A stretch of 64,000 nucleotides of DNA from an uncultured bacterium. Lineage in GTDB: Bacteria; Patescibacteriota; Minisyncoccia; Phycocordibacterales; UBA9973. Made by a program: the position numbers and the translations under genes. The stretch spans positions 65,156 through 129,155 of the forward strand of contig CALCZP010000003.1 of NCBI GenBank assembly GCA_937903035.1, in the 5' to 3' direction. The notes below the pieces were generated by a model. The model saw nothing but the letters and a program-made list of their open reading frames with translations, was not told the origin of the DNA and searched no databases. Positions 20,271-28,388 of this stretch are shown here, piece by piece. The stretch's first letter is position 1. Each line of letters opens with the position of its first letter.

Positions 20271-20771
20271 ATGAAAACTCGTAAACAACCCTTGCCCCCA
20301 AAAGCTCTGATACCGCCAGTATTAGTACATATTTGGAATAATTTATCTTATCTTCCTTGTCCCACATCGATTGAAAGATATATTGTTTTCACGGATGCAA
20401 TTTGTCGTGTATATAGAAATTATGCAAATATGATTTTTATGACATTGTATAAACCTATCCACCATACACAACAGATTGTTGGAGGAATTGAATACGAAAT
20501 GTCTTGGATCTTATCAACAACAAATGATATTACTACTGAGTGTAAAAAACACGTCCTTAGTAGAAGGTCTAAACGTATATTATTTCGTATGAGAAATAAA
20601 AATGAGCTCATTTGGGAAAAGTTTTACAAAAAATTTTTGGAACTTAAAACCGCAAATGAAGAACTGCTCTTTATCGAACATACGGATGTTCTGGCTCAAG
20701 AAATGCCGTACACAAAGAACTTCTCGGTTATTTTGCACCACTTCCAGCGGTACTCATTTCAGCGTAACTAA
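20271..20771 (+). CDS. Hypothetical protein (AT-rich island), preceded by a 6-codon leader mini-ORF
   Basis: 166-aa ORF. Strong AGGAGG at 20239-20244 serves the mini-ORF ATG 20254 (MKKQVL), whose TGA overlaps the main ATG (ATGA). Confidence 0.45.
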   Translation: MKTRKQPLPPKALIPPVLVHIWNNLSYLPCPTSIERYIVFTDAICRVYRNYANMIFMTLYKPIHHTQQIVGGIEYEMSWILSTTNDITTECKKHVLSRRSKRILFRMRNKNELIWEKFYKKFLELKTANEELLFIEHTDVLAQEMPYTKNFSVILHHFQRYSFQRN

Positions 20772-20857
20772 CTTCCTTAACACCACCCTTCTTTATAAGG
20801 GTGGTTGTCTTTTTTTAGTTTTATGGTATTTTACCTGCAAAACTAAAACCCATTACA

Positions 20858-21088
20858 ATGAAAATGAAACAAAGCATATTGGTGAATATTCTCACCATAG
20901 TTGTAGTAGCTGGAGGCCTAATCCTCAGTGACTGGCATCCTAAAACAGGTATTTCTCTGGCCGTAGCTGGAGTGATACTCTTATTCTCATATAGAGGATA
21001 TCTTTTGCTCAAAAAGACCAAAAACACACCTTTTGTTCTGCACGACGAAGAGTGGCCCGAACATCATTCTGATCATGCTATTATGTAA
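20858..21088 (+). CDS. Small two-TM membrane protein
   Basis: 76-aa ORF with two hydrophobic helices. Confidence 0.4.
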   Translation: MKMKQSILVNILTIVVVAGGLILSDWHPKTGISLAVAGVILLFSYRGYLLLKKTKNTPFVLHDEEWPEHHSDHAIM

Positions 21089-21095
21089 ATCCCTT

Positions 21096-21128
21096 AAAGC
21101 TCCTCTGATGAGGAGCTTTTCTTATTTC
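21096..21128. terminator. Bidirectional terminator
   Basis: AAAGCTCCTCTGATGAGGAGCTTT hairpin plus a T-run, between convergent genes. Confidence 0.65.
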
Positions 21129-22627
21129 TTGACGCCATGTTTCACGTGAAGCTTTTTGACCTCGCCTTCATTGGCATCATCCTTCTTATCTCTCCCCTTC
21201 TCCCCCAGGATTTTGAGATCTTTGTCTTCGAGTTCATCCAGGTCTTTGACTCGCTCTGATAGAGTTTCGACGCTATTGATTGTCGGATCTTCGAGGACTT
21301 CTTCTAGAAGTGCATGAAGTATCCACCCCATCCGAGGGCCAGGTTTCATGTGTAACACCTTCATCAGATACCCCCCGTCTATTTTCAGTTGTGAAACTGA
21401 GATCGGATCACGGAGTGCTTCGTCGATCATGGCATGGTATTTGCGCAATCTGTAGGGAGCTTCTACTTTTTTCATACCTACACGATCACATTCACGGACT
21501 TGCATGAGTTCCCAAATATGCTCGGGTTTCACCTTTTGGATAATGCGACGTACTGCAGAGAGGGTGATTTGCTCAGTATCAGAGAAAAACATATGGTTTC
21601 GTACGAGTGTCACCACAAGCTCTTCTGTTTCACGTGGAACCCGGAGACGATCGAGGATCTTGCGGGTCATGCGTGCCCCTACGACTTCATGGCCAAAAAA
21701 CGTATATTTATCCTTGGATCGGTCATATCGACGCGTCGCAGGCTTGCCGATATCATGAAACAGTGCCGTGAGACGGATTTCACGTGAAAAGCTCTTGTCT
21801 GCAGCATGCTGGAGAGCGTGTAGCAAGTGCTGGTATACATCATAGATGTGAGCACCCTTTTGCTCACATCCAATACCCTCTTGGAGTTCAGGGATGAAAT
21901 GCTTGAGCAGTCCTGTCTTCTGGAGCAGGTCTATTCCCATTGCTGGGGCGTCAGAGTCAATGATTTTCATAAACTCATCCCGAATACGCTCAGCCGAGAT
22001 GCTTTTGATCAAGTCGGCGTTCTTTCCTATTGCATCAAGTGTTTCATGTGAAATACCAAACCCAAGGGTTGTGGAAAACCTCACCGCCCGAAGCATCCGC
22101 AATGCGTCCTCATTGAACCGTACATCAGCATAAAGGACACACCTGATAGATTTGTCCTTTATGTCCTTTATACCCTCATATGGGTCAATATAGGCGTTAG
22201 TAGAGGGATTCCAGGCGATTGCATTCATCGTAAAGTCGCGCCGCTCGAGGTCTTTACTGAGTTCTGTTTCATATGAAACACTGTCTGGACGGCGATTGTC
22301 ACTATACCCTCCTTCTGAACGGTATGTAGTGATTTGGACTTCCTCAGCTTTTATTTCACGTGAAACTTCCCTTTCAGTTGCTTCTGGTGCCATATCAATG
22401 ACAGTCACAGTTCCAAAAGTGTTTTCATAGACCGTTTTGCGATCAGCAAACACTTCTTGGATCTGATCCGGTGTGGCATTGGTCGTGATATCCCAATCCT
22501 TCGGAGTACGACCCGTAATAAGGTCTCGAACGCAGCCACCTACGAGGTATGCTTCAAATCCCCTGTCTTGGAGGGTTTGTGTTACATGTGAAACGAATGC
22601 GGGTACCTTGGAAGGTGAAATATGCAT
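21122..22627 (-). CDS. cca: CCA-adding tRNA nucleotidyltransferase with HD domain
   Basis: GGCVRDLITGRTPKDWDITT polymerase-beta head; HD motif FHDIGKP; 501 aa. Confidence 0.88.
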   Translation of the reverse strand: MHISPSKVPAFVSHVTQTLQDRGFEAYLVGGCVRDLITGRTPKDWDITTNATPDQIQEVFADRKTVYENTFGTVTVIDMAPEATEREVSREIKAEEVQITTYRSEGGYSDNRRPDSVSYETELSKDLERRDFTMNAIAWNPSTNAYIDPYEGIKDIKDKSIRCVLYADVRFNEDALRMLRAVRFSTTLGFGISHETLDAIGKNADLIKSISAERIRDEFMKIIDSDAPAMGIDLLQKTGLLKHFIPELQEGIGCEQKGAHIYDVYQHLLHALQHAADKSFSREIRLTALFHDIGKPATRRYDRSKDKYTFFGHEVVGARMTRKILDRLRVPRETEELVVTLVRNHMFFSDTEQITLSAVRRIIQKVKPEHIWELMQVRECDRVGMKKVEAPYRLRKYHAMIDEALRDPISVSQLKIDGGYLMKVLHMKPGPRMGWILHALLEEVLEDPTINSVETLSERVKDLDELEDKDLKILGEKGRDKKDDANEGEVKKLHVKHGVKK

Positions 22628-22645
22628 TTATATCGGTATTTATTG

Positions 22646-22717
22646 TGCACCTACCAGGACTCGAACCCAGAATAACGGTTCCGAAGACCGCTGTGATATC
22701 CATTTCACCATAGGTGC
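22646..22717 (-). tRNA. tRNA-Arg (anticodon TCG)
   Basis: Manual fold: acceptor GCACCTA/TAGGTGC, D-stem GTGA/TCAC, anticodon stem GCGGT/ACCGT with loop CTTCGGA, T-loop TTCGAGT. Confidence 0.75.
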
Positions 22718-22824
22718 GCTTGTAATACCATCGACTATACCACTGAATTGACAGAATATAAAGGGATAGTGATTGCAAAATACCGATTGATGGGTATAAT
22801 TATCAGCGCACCTTTTCACAACTT

Positions 22825-22895
22825 GCGGGTATGGTTTAGTGGTAGAATGCGTCCTTGCCAAGGACGAGACCAGGGTTCGATTCCCTGTACCCGCA
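22825..22895 (+). tRNA. tRNA-Gly (anticodon GCC)
   Basis: Acceptor GCGGGTA/TACCCGC, anticodon stem CGTCC/GGACG with loop TTGCCAA, T-arm CAGGG-TTCGATT-CCCTG. Confidence 0.85.
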
Positions 22896-22901
22896 CAACG
22901 T

Positions 22902-22927
22902 AAAAATCCCGAGCAATCGGGATTTTT
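22902..22927 (+). terminator. Terminator after tRNA-Gly
   Basis: AAAAATCCCGAGCAATCGGGATTTTT. Confidence 0.6.
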
Positions 22928-23038
22928 ACGTTGGTAGTGTTCGGACATACTTTTGTTCTTGATACAAGGACAATTTGGACAAAACTGTCTATTAGTGCGA
23001 AAGACATGTTCAAAAAGCTCATTTTTTGACAAAAGTGT

Positions 23039-23069
23039 GGATAAAGGTGTGGGATAAAGGGATAAAGGA
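23039..23069 (+). repeat. Three tandem GGATAAAGG direct repeats upstream of yraN
   Basis: GTGGATAAAGGTGTGGGATAAAGGGATAAAGGAC read directly. Confidence 0.5.
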
Positions 23070-23148
23070 CGACTGATAGATGGCTTTTAACATGTCTATT
23101 TGCTAAAATATCCTTAGTACTCAACAAATTCTGTCAACTAGTGTTATA

Positions 23149-23523
23149 TTGTTTCACGTGAAACACTTTACTTCAAAAACGCAACAAATAGGTCAAGAAG
23201 GAGAAGACCAGGCTCAGATGTTTCTCATGAAACAAGGATTTAGCATTGTTGAACGCAATGTAGCCAACAAGTACGGTGAAATCGATATTATTGCCAAAAA
23301 GAATGAAATTCACTACTTTTTTGAAGTAAAAGCTGGTATGCAGGGAAGCTGGTTTAATCCAGCTGAAAATCTCAGTAAAGCAAAGCTTCGAAAATTTATC
23401 ATCTCTGTTGAGCACTATTGTCTCACGTGTAACATTAGGGAATATCGAGTACAGGGGATTATTGTGCTTTTGCCGCGAGGAGAAAGTGGGGAAGTGAATG
23501 TAGAGATGATTGATCTGATCTGA
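23149..23523 (+). CDS. yraN: YraN family (UPF0102) endonuclease
   Basis: GE..A...L...G..I...N..Y...GEIDIIA...FVEVK pattern. Confidence 0.7.
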   Translation: MFHVKHFTSKTQQIGQEGEDQAQMFLMKQGFSIVERNVANKYGEIDIIAKKNEIHYFFEVKAGMQGSWFNPAENLSKAKLRKFIISVEHYCLTCNIREYRVQGIIVLLPRGESGEVNVEMIDLI

Positions 23524-23584
23524 GTCTTTATTTCTGTATCGCTTTCTGGTACTATGCTTTTGCTCTGTACAGTATGAGAAACAC

Positions 23585-23680
23585 CATATCGAGGTGTAGT
23601 ATATACGGCAGTCCACGGGATTGTGATTTGTACGATTCTATCGAATCATCAAATCGGGAATATCCTTGTTTTGGGAAACG
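23585..23680 (+). pseudogene. Degenerate duplicate of the tRNA-Pro 5' half (D-arm and anticodon arm) split by a ~48-nt insertion; no T-arm or acceptor 3' strand
   Basis: GAGGTGTAGTATATACGGCAGT vs GGGGTGTAGTATATCGGTAGT and CCTTGTTTTGGGAAACG vs ACTTGTTTTGGGAACAAG of the intact gene 120 nt downstream. Confidence 0.45.
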
Positions 23681-23712
23681 CTTGTCGTATATGGCTTAAA
23701 AAGGAAATATCA

Positions 23713-23786
23713 CGGGGTGTAGTATATCGGTAGTATACTTGTTTTGGGAACAAGAGGGCAGGGTTCGATTCCCTGCACCCCGACCA
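23713..23786 (+). tRNA. tRNA-Pro (anticodon TGG), CCA encoded
   Basis: Acceptor CGGGGTG/CACCCCG, anticodon stem CTTGT/ACAAG with loop TTTGGGA, T-arm GGTTCGATTCC, 3' ACCA. Confidence 0.8.
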
Positions 23787-23820
23787 TGATCGCGAAAGCG
23801 GTCACAATAGGAAAACCACG

Positions 23821-23891
23821 CGGGATTAGTTTATCGGTAAAACATCAGTTTTCCAAACTGAGGTGAAGGGTTCGACTCCCTTATCCCGCAC
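23821..23891 (+). tRNA. tRNA-Gly (anticodon TCC)
   Basis: Acceptor GCGGGAT/ATCCCGC, anticodon stem TCAGT/ACTGA with loop TTTCCAA, T-loop GGTTCGACTCC. Confidence 0.85.
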
Positions 23892-23897
23892 AGATAG

Positions 23898-23929
23898 CAA
23901 AAATCCACTCGTTTGAGTGGATTTTTGCC
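23898..23929. terminator. Bidirectional terminator
   Basis: GCAAAAATCCACTCGTTTGAGTGGATTTTTGC. Confidence 0.7.
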
Positions 23930-23937
23930 TAATATCC

Positions 23938-24303
23938 TTATTTGGTAAGACCTTTGATCTTGTCGACGACTTCGTCGAGAGTGAAGCTAGACTTCACCAT
24001 GTAGTCAGCTGCGCCAGCACCAGTAGCTTTTTGCATATCAGCATCGTTTGAGAGATTGGAAAAAACAATCACCGGAATTGGCTTGGTCTTTGCATCTGCC
24101 TTCAGGGCTTCGAGTACTTTGAAGCTATCAAGATCAGGGAGCATAAGATCAAGGAGAATAATGTCAGGAAGCCCTGCTGCCATTGCTGTATCGATCTCTG
24201 CTTGGGTCATAGCAGTCGCTACTTCAAAGCCTTCTTTGGTAAATTTGGAGCTTTCAAGGCTCTTGAGAAATGCATCATCCTCGATAATCAGTACTTTTTT
24301 CAT
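23938..24303 (-). CDS. Single-domain response regulator (CheY-like receiver)
   Basis: DD...D(LLDLMLPDLDS)...K receiver motifs; 121 aa, no output domain. Confidence 0.88.
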   Translation of the reverse strand: MKKVLIIEDDAFLKSLESSKFTKEGFEVATAMTQAEIDTAMAAGLPDIILLDLMLPDLDSFKVLEALKADAKTKPIPVIVFSNLSNDADMQKATGAGAADYMVKSSFTLDEVVDKIKGLTK

Positions 24304-24335
24304 ATAGGCAAGTATAGCGCGTTTATATGATAAAG

Positions 24336-25067
24336 CTAGACGAGGTGGGGAACTGTTGGAAGTGTGATCGTGAATATAGCTCCAACACCTTCGGTCCCAG
24401 TGAATGAGATAGTACCTTTGTGACGCTCAACAATCTGTTTGGTGGCATAGAGTCCAAGTCCTGTACCGATATGCTGGCTTGTGTTTGATGCCCTGAAGAA
24501 CTTTTGGAAAATGCGGTCTTGATCAGTTTGTGGAATCCCAATACCACTGTTTTGCACTGAAAAGGTTGCACTAGTCTGGTCTGAGGTAAGTGAAAGGGTA
24601 ACACCTGTTTCATTGCTGCCATATTTGATCGCATTTTCAATGAGATTGTCTATCACTACGCGTAGGCGTGCCTGGTCTGCCGATACCAATATTGGTTGGA
24701 CTGGTTCGGAAAATGAGAGATGTATATGCTTGTGACTCGCTGCACTTGCAAAGTCTTTGACTGCAGCAGTGATCATGTGGCCGAGGTTGCATGGCGCAAA
24801 GATGTACTGGACGTCAGCCGTGTCGTTCTTGATCACCGTCATCACATCATTTACAAGTGCAATGAGTCGTTCATTTGTGTCACAGGCGCGTTTGATGACA
24901 TCATGCTGTTCGGTGGTAAGAGTGCCGAAATCACCTTTCTCAAGCATATCAAAGAGCCATTTCATGGCAGAGAGGGAAGTGCGCATCTCGTGCGCGGTAA
25001 TAAGGAAGAAATCGTTCGTATCACCACTGCGTGGTTCAGGAGCATCCATGTGTGTAAAGTATATCAT
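24336..25067 (-). CDS. Sensor histidine kinase (HisKA + HATPase_c, no TM or sensor domain)
   Basis: H-box HEMRTSLSAM; N, G1 (DNLIENAIKY), G2 (GTGLGL) boxes. Confidence 0.85.
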   Translation of the reverse strand: MIYFTHMDAPEPRSGDTNDFFLITAHEMRTSLSAMKWLFDMLEKGDFGTLTTEQHDVIKRACDTNERLIALVNDVMTVIKNDTADVQYIFAPCNLGHMITAAVKDFASAASHKHIHLSFSEPVQPILVSADQARLRVVIDNLIENAIKYGSNETGVTLSLTSDQTSATFSVQNSGIGIPQTDQDRIFQKFFRASNTSQHIGTGLGLYATKQIVERHKGTISFTGTEGVGAIFTITLPTVPHLV

Positions 25068-25121
25068 TCAGACAAATAAAAAAGCCTCCGATGGATATCG
25101 GAGAGCTTTGAAGTTAATTTT

Positions 25122-25511
25122 TTATGCAGCAAATACCTGCTTGAATTTTGCATGATCTTTCATGCAGAGGATACCTTCTGGTGTGATGTCTGGGTTGCCA
25201 CCGATGTGTACCATTGATAGTTCTAATACACGTTTTTTAACAGCACTTTGAATCAATGGAATCACTTCAACGTTTGTGTTTTCATTAAATACCAGAAATG
25301 CTGGCTTTTTTGCTTTCACTTTTTCAGCAATTTCGTGTGGTTTTGCACCAGCATGAATGAAGGTTAATACTACACCATTATTTTTTTTCTCAGTGCCAAG
25401 ATACAAATCTTTAAGAAACTTTTCAAGGCTTGGAGCTGTCTTTGTACAGCATCCTGAAACAAACAGAATCGTCTTTTTTGTTGACATAGTAGAAAGAGTT
25501 TTGATTTCCAA
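25122..25511 (-). CDS. Hypothetical protein (CC motif) co-transcribed with the histidine kinase and response regulator
   Basis: 129-aa ORF; possible start at MSTKK (25487); no family recognised. Confidence 0.4.
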   Translation of the reverse strand: MEIKTLSTMSTKKTILFVSGCCTKTAPSLEKFLKDLYLGTEKKNNGVVLTFIHAGAKPHEIAEKVKAKKPAFLVFNENTNVEVIPLIQSAVKKRVLELSMVHIGGNPDITPEGILCMKDHAKFKQVFAA

Positions 25512-25534
25512 AAATAGTACTCCATTTGCTCAAA

Positions 25535-25562
25535 AAGTCAAATCCCCGCCAGAAGCGGGGAA
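25535..25562 (-). terminator. Terminator hairpin, copy 1 of the repeated 21-mer AATCCCCGCCAGAAGCGGGGA
   Basis: CCCCGCCAGAAGCGGGG stem-loop immediately after the ATPase stop; identical 21-mer at 31337-31358. Confidence 0.6.
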
Positions 25563-25566
25563 ATGA

Positions 25567-28338
25567 TTATGCAGTAGTCTGTGTATAGCGAGCCATGATT
25601 TCGGACTCGACTTCTTCGCGGGGTCTGCCGAACTTGAGATAGGAGAGCTCCTTGAGTTTATCAGCAAGATCAATGTTGCCCTTGGGAGGAAATGGAGTCT
25701 TTGAGTTGAATGGCTTTGCAGGTACGCCATTTACGAGCATTTTGACATAGCAGTTGAGGTTCTCGAGCTTGAGTACATCAGATGGGGTAAAGGTCGGTGC
25801 AAATGTCTTGGCAAAGATTTCTGCATTCTCTGGTGATACACGGTGTACGACCATCGTACCAACGTTACCAAATACAGCATTCTTGATATTGTCATCAAGC
25901 TGCTCAACATACTGGTGGGCAACGGTGAGGCCTAGACGGTACTTGCGGGCTTCAGAGAGAATGACTTCAATTGAATCAGTCGTAATGTTCTGGAACTCAT
26001 CGATGTAAAGGTAAAAATCATTGACTTTTTCTTTGCCAACAATATCAACACGAGAGAGTGCTGCCATGGTAATCTTGCCGACCAAGAGGAGGCCGATAAG
26101 GTGTGAGTTAATATCGCCGAGTCGACCCTTTGAGAGATTCACAAGGAGAATCTTTTTCTTGTCCATGATGTCACGGAAGTTGAGGACGCTTTTCTCCTGT
26201 GCAATCACCGGACGCATGATGTCGTTTGAAATAAAGACATCAAACTTGTTAGTGATGTAGGGGACGAAGTTTGCAAGTGCGCTCTCGCCGGTTGTTTTCT
26301 CTGCGCCTTCCCAGAATTGCTTGATGATCGGATTCTTGCACTTGGAGAGCTTGAGGGTACGGAATGCTTTGTCAGAAAGGACGCGGCCAATCTCAAGGAG
26401 CGTCATCCCACTCTCAGGGTCTTCCATGACGAGTCCTGCGGCGTTGCGGAAGTATTGCTCAAACATCGGACCACCAGCAACTTTCATATCAAAGAGCTTG
26501 TTGAAGATAGCGAGGAGTTCGTTGATGACGAAAATCTTTTGCTCAGGAAAACGCACATCGTACTCGAGCATATTGAGTCCCATGGGGCGTGCAGTGTATG
26601 CAGGATCAAAATAAATCACATCATCGATACGCTCGGGAGGGATGTTGGCGAGGATATGTTCAATGTCAGTACCATGTGGATCAATGAAGCAGACACCGTC
26701 ACCGTTTTTGATGTCCTGGATGATCATGTTCTTGAGAAAGACCGTCTTACCGGTACCGGTCTGTCCGATCACATAGGTGTGACGCACCCGATCTTCACGC
26801 CCAAAAAATACCTCACGCTCAGTACCACGATAGTTGTTGGTGCCAAGGCTAATACCGCTTGCTTCCATAGTGGCTGGAGCAGGGGCTTGTGCACCGGATG
26901 CTTCTTTCAGTTCACTTGCAACGACGAGACCTACCGGGAAGTGAAAGAGTGTTGCAAGTTCGTCGATGTTGAGTGAGAGTTGTTGGTTCTCATTCATACT
27001 ACGGAAGCTAAAGTCTCTCGCAAGTTGATTGATGTGTGATGCTGCTACATCGTGCCAGACGATACTATTTGAGCCGACAAGGGTGAACTGTTGAAATGAT
27101 GATTTGATGGTGTTGAGTACCATTTGTGCACGAGCAAGTGTTGCCCCAGTAGCGATAAGTCTAATACCTGCAGAAATGCTCTGACTACTGGTTTTCTTTT
27201 GTGCAAGCTCAATACCTCGACTATCAATTGGTTTATTTTCTTTATCTTCTTTGGGTTTTTCAAAAAAAGATAAGAGTCCTTTGCCGAGGCCTGAGACGAT
27301 ACCACGAGTCGCTTCTTCGTAGAGATCTTTTACGGTTTCTCCTCCCTTCTGTGCACCATCAATTACTGACTGATAGAGCTTGTTGTTGGTTGTTGTGTCG
27401 CTAGTGATGATTACTTGTATCGCTGCACCTTCACCATCTGCTTCAAGTTTGGATAGAGAGCTTACGAGTGCAGCAAGAGGGTCATGTTCAAAGTTAGTAT
27501 CAGTATTGAGGGGAAATATTGCTGGCTCTGCAAGTTGCGCATAGCTTCCTGCAATACCAACGCTTGTCGCAGAGAAAATATTGTAGTCATCCGTAACTTC
27601 CTCAATCGCGGCACTGCCGTAGTATGCATGCACGAGTTTCTCAAAAGTCTCGATATGGATGCGGGGTACTGATGCATAGAGTGCAATGTCTCGTCCATGG
27701 TGTGACACGGCAAGTTCAAGTACGTAGTAGTCACCTTTTAATGCATCAGACGCAGAGAGCATACCAGTATAAAACTGCTTCATTGCCTGTATGAAACTCT
27801 TGAAATTTCCTTTGTCTGTATCACTTGGAGCGGGAAGTGTCACCATAAAGAGTGAGTGTTCAAGTTCTCGCGCAAGGGTACTTGCTTCTTTGAGCCCCGG
27901 GATTGCACCAATCGTGTGTAAGTATTGGACTAAGAAACGGTGAAAGTCATCAGCAAGATGTGGGTCTTTCATCGCACTTACGATATCAAGTGCATTTTTA
28001 ATACCTTTGTCGATCATGAGGGCAAAGAGCTCCTCTATTTTTTGATCATGACTTTCAGGTTTGAGCTTGAGTACAATACGTTCTGCTTCATGTGCGGGTA
28101 GTGCATGTGTTTCGTGGATGAAGTCTTTGGCCTCGGCGCGCGCGTACTCCTCGATGGTTGCATGTGCTGCAGACTCAAGGTTTGCATGTGGTCGTGTCTG
28201 GAGAATATATTCTTTGTGTGCTTCGCTTCCAATATGAGCAATTTCTTGGGAAGGGGAAGTGAACTTTTCAGTGGTACTGAGCATGTATATAGTATACGTG
28301 CTTTCGTAGATCATCACCATATGAATAACAAAAAACAC
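25567..28338 (-). CDS. Large soluble P-loop ATPase of the FtsK/HerA/VirD4 (TraG/TraD-like) superfamily with a ~470-aa unassigned N-terminal domain
   Basis: Walker A GQTGTGKT; Walker B LYIDEFQN; RKYRLGLTVAHQ motif typical of coupling-protein/HerA ATPases; no TM segments. Confidence 0.55.
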   Translation of the reverse strand: MFFVIHMVMIYESTYTIYMLSTTEKFTSPSQEIAHIGSEAHKEYILQTRPHANLESAAHATIEEYARAEAKDFIHETHALPAHEAERIVLKLKPESHDQKIEELFALMIDKGIKNALDIVSAMKDPHLADDFHRFLVQYLHTIGAIPGLKEASTLARELEHSLFMVTLPAPSDTDKGNFKSFIQAMKQFYTGMLSASDALKGDYYVLELAVSHHGRDIALYASVPRIHIETFEKLVHAYYGSAAIEEVTDDYNIFSATSVGIAGSYAQLAEPAIFPLNTDTNFEHDPLAALVSSLSKLEADGEGAAIQVIITSDTTTNNKLYQSVIDGAQKGGETVKDLYEEATRGIVSGLGKGLLSFFEKPKEDKENKPIDSRGIELAQKKTSSQSISAGIRLIATGATLARAQMVLNTIKSSFQQFTLVGSNSIVWHDVAASHINQLARDFSFRSMNENQQLSLNIDELATLFHFPVGLVVASELKEASGAQAPAPATMEASGISLGTNNYRGTEREVFFGREDRVRHTYVIGQTGTGKTVFLKNMIIQDIKNGDGVCFIDPHGTDIEHILANIPPERIDDVIYFDPAYTARPMGLNMLEYDVRFPEQKIFVINELLAIFNKLFDMKVAGGPMFEQYFRNAAGLVMEDPESGMTLLEIGRVLSDKAFRTLKLSKCKNPIIKQFWEGAEKTTGESALANFVPYITNKFDVFISNDIMRPVIAQEKSVLNFRDIMDKKKILLVNLSKGRLGDINSHLIGLLLVGKITMAALSRVDIVGKEKVNDFYLYIDEFQNITTDSIEVILSEARKYRLGLTVAHQYVEQLDDNIKNAVFGNVGTMVVHRVSPENAEIFAKTFAPTFTPSDVLKLENLNCYVKMLVNGVPAKPFNSKTPFPPKGNIDLADKLKELSYLKFGRPREEVESEIMARYTQTTA

Positions 28339-28388
28339 TCAGGATTATTACTGAGTGTTTTTATCTATAAAACGTTTGAGTAAACGGA

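Larger units (their letters stand above)
21139..23433. repeat. Seven dispersed copies of the palindrome (G)TTTCA[CT][GA]TG[AT]AA(C): 21139-21150, 21778-21789, 22042-22053, 22354-22366, 22581-22594, 23151-23164, 23420-23433
   Basis: Read directly; the copies fall in three different codon frames of cca and yraN. The only other CACGTG sites in the window (12422, 13306) are not full palindrome copies. Confidence 0.6.

Noticed and set aside
23612-23659. Possible tRNA intron (48-nt insert) making the upstream tRNA-Pro-like sequence a functional intron-containing tRNA
   Set aside because: No T-arm or acceptor 3' strand follows the anticodon-arm copy, and an intact tRNA-Pro lies 30 nt downstream. 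It is interpreted as a pseudogene or duplication scar instead.
26317-26976. 219-aa plus-strand ORF inside the big ATPase gene
   Set aside because: The opposite strand carries Walker A/B and RKY..Q motifs in a 923-aa frame. The plus-strand ORF has no motifs and is wholly nested.
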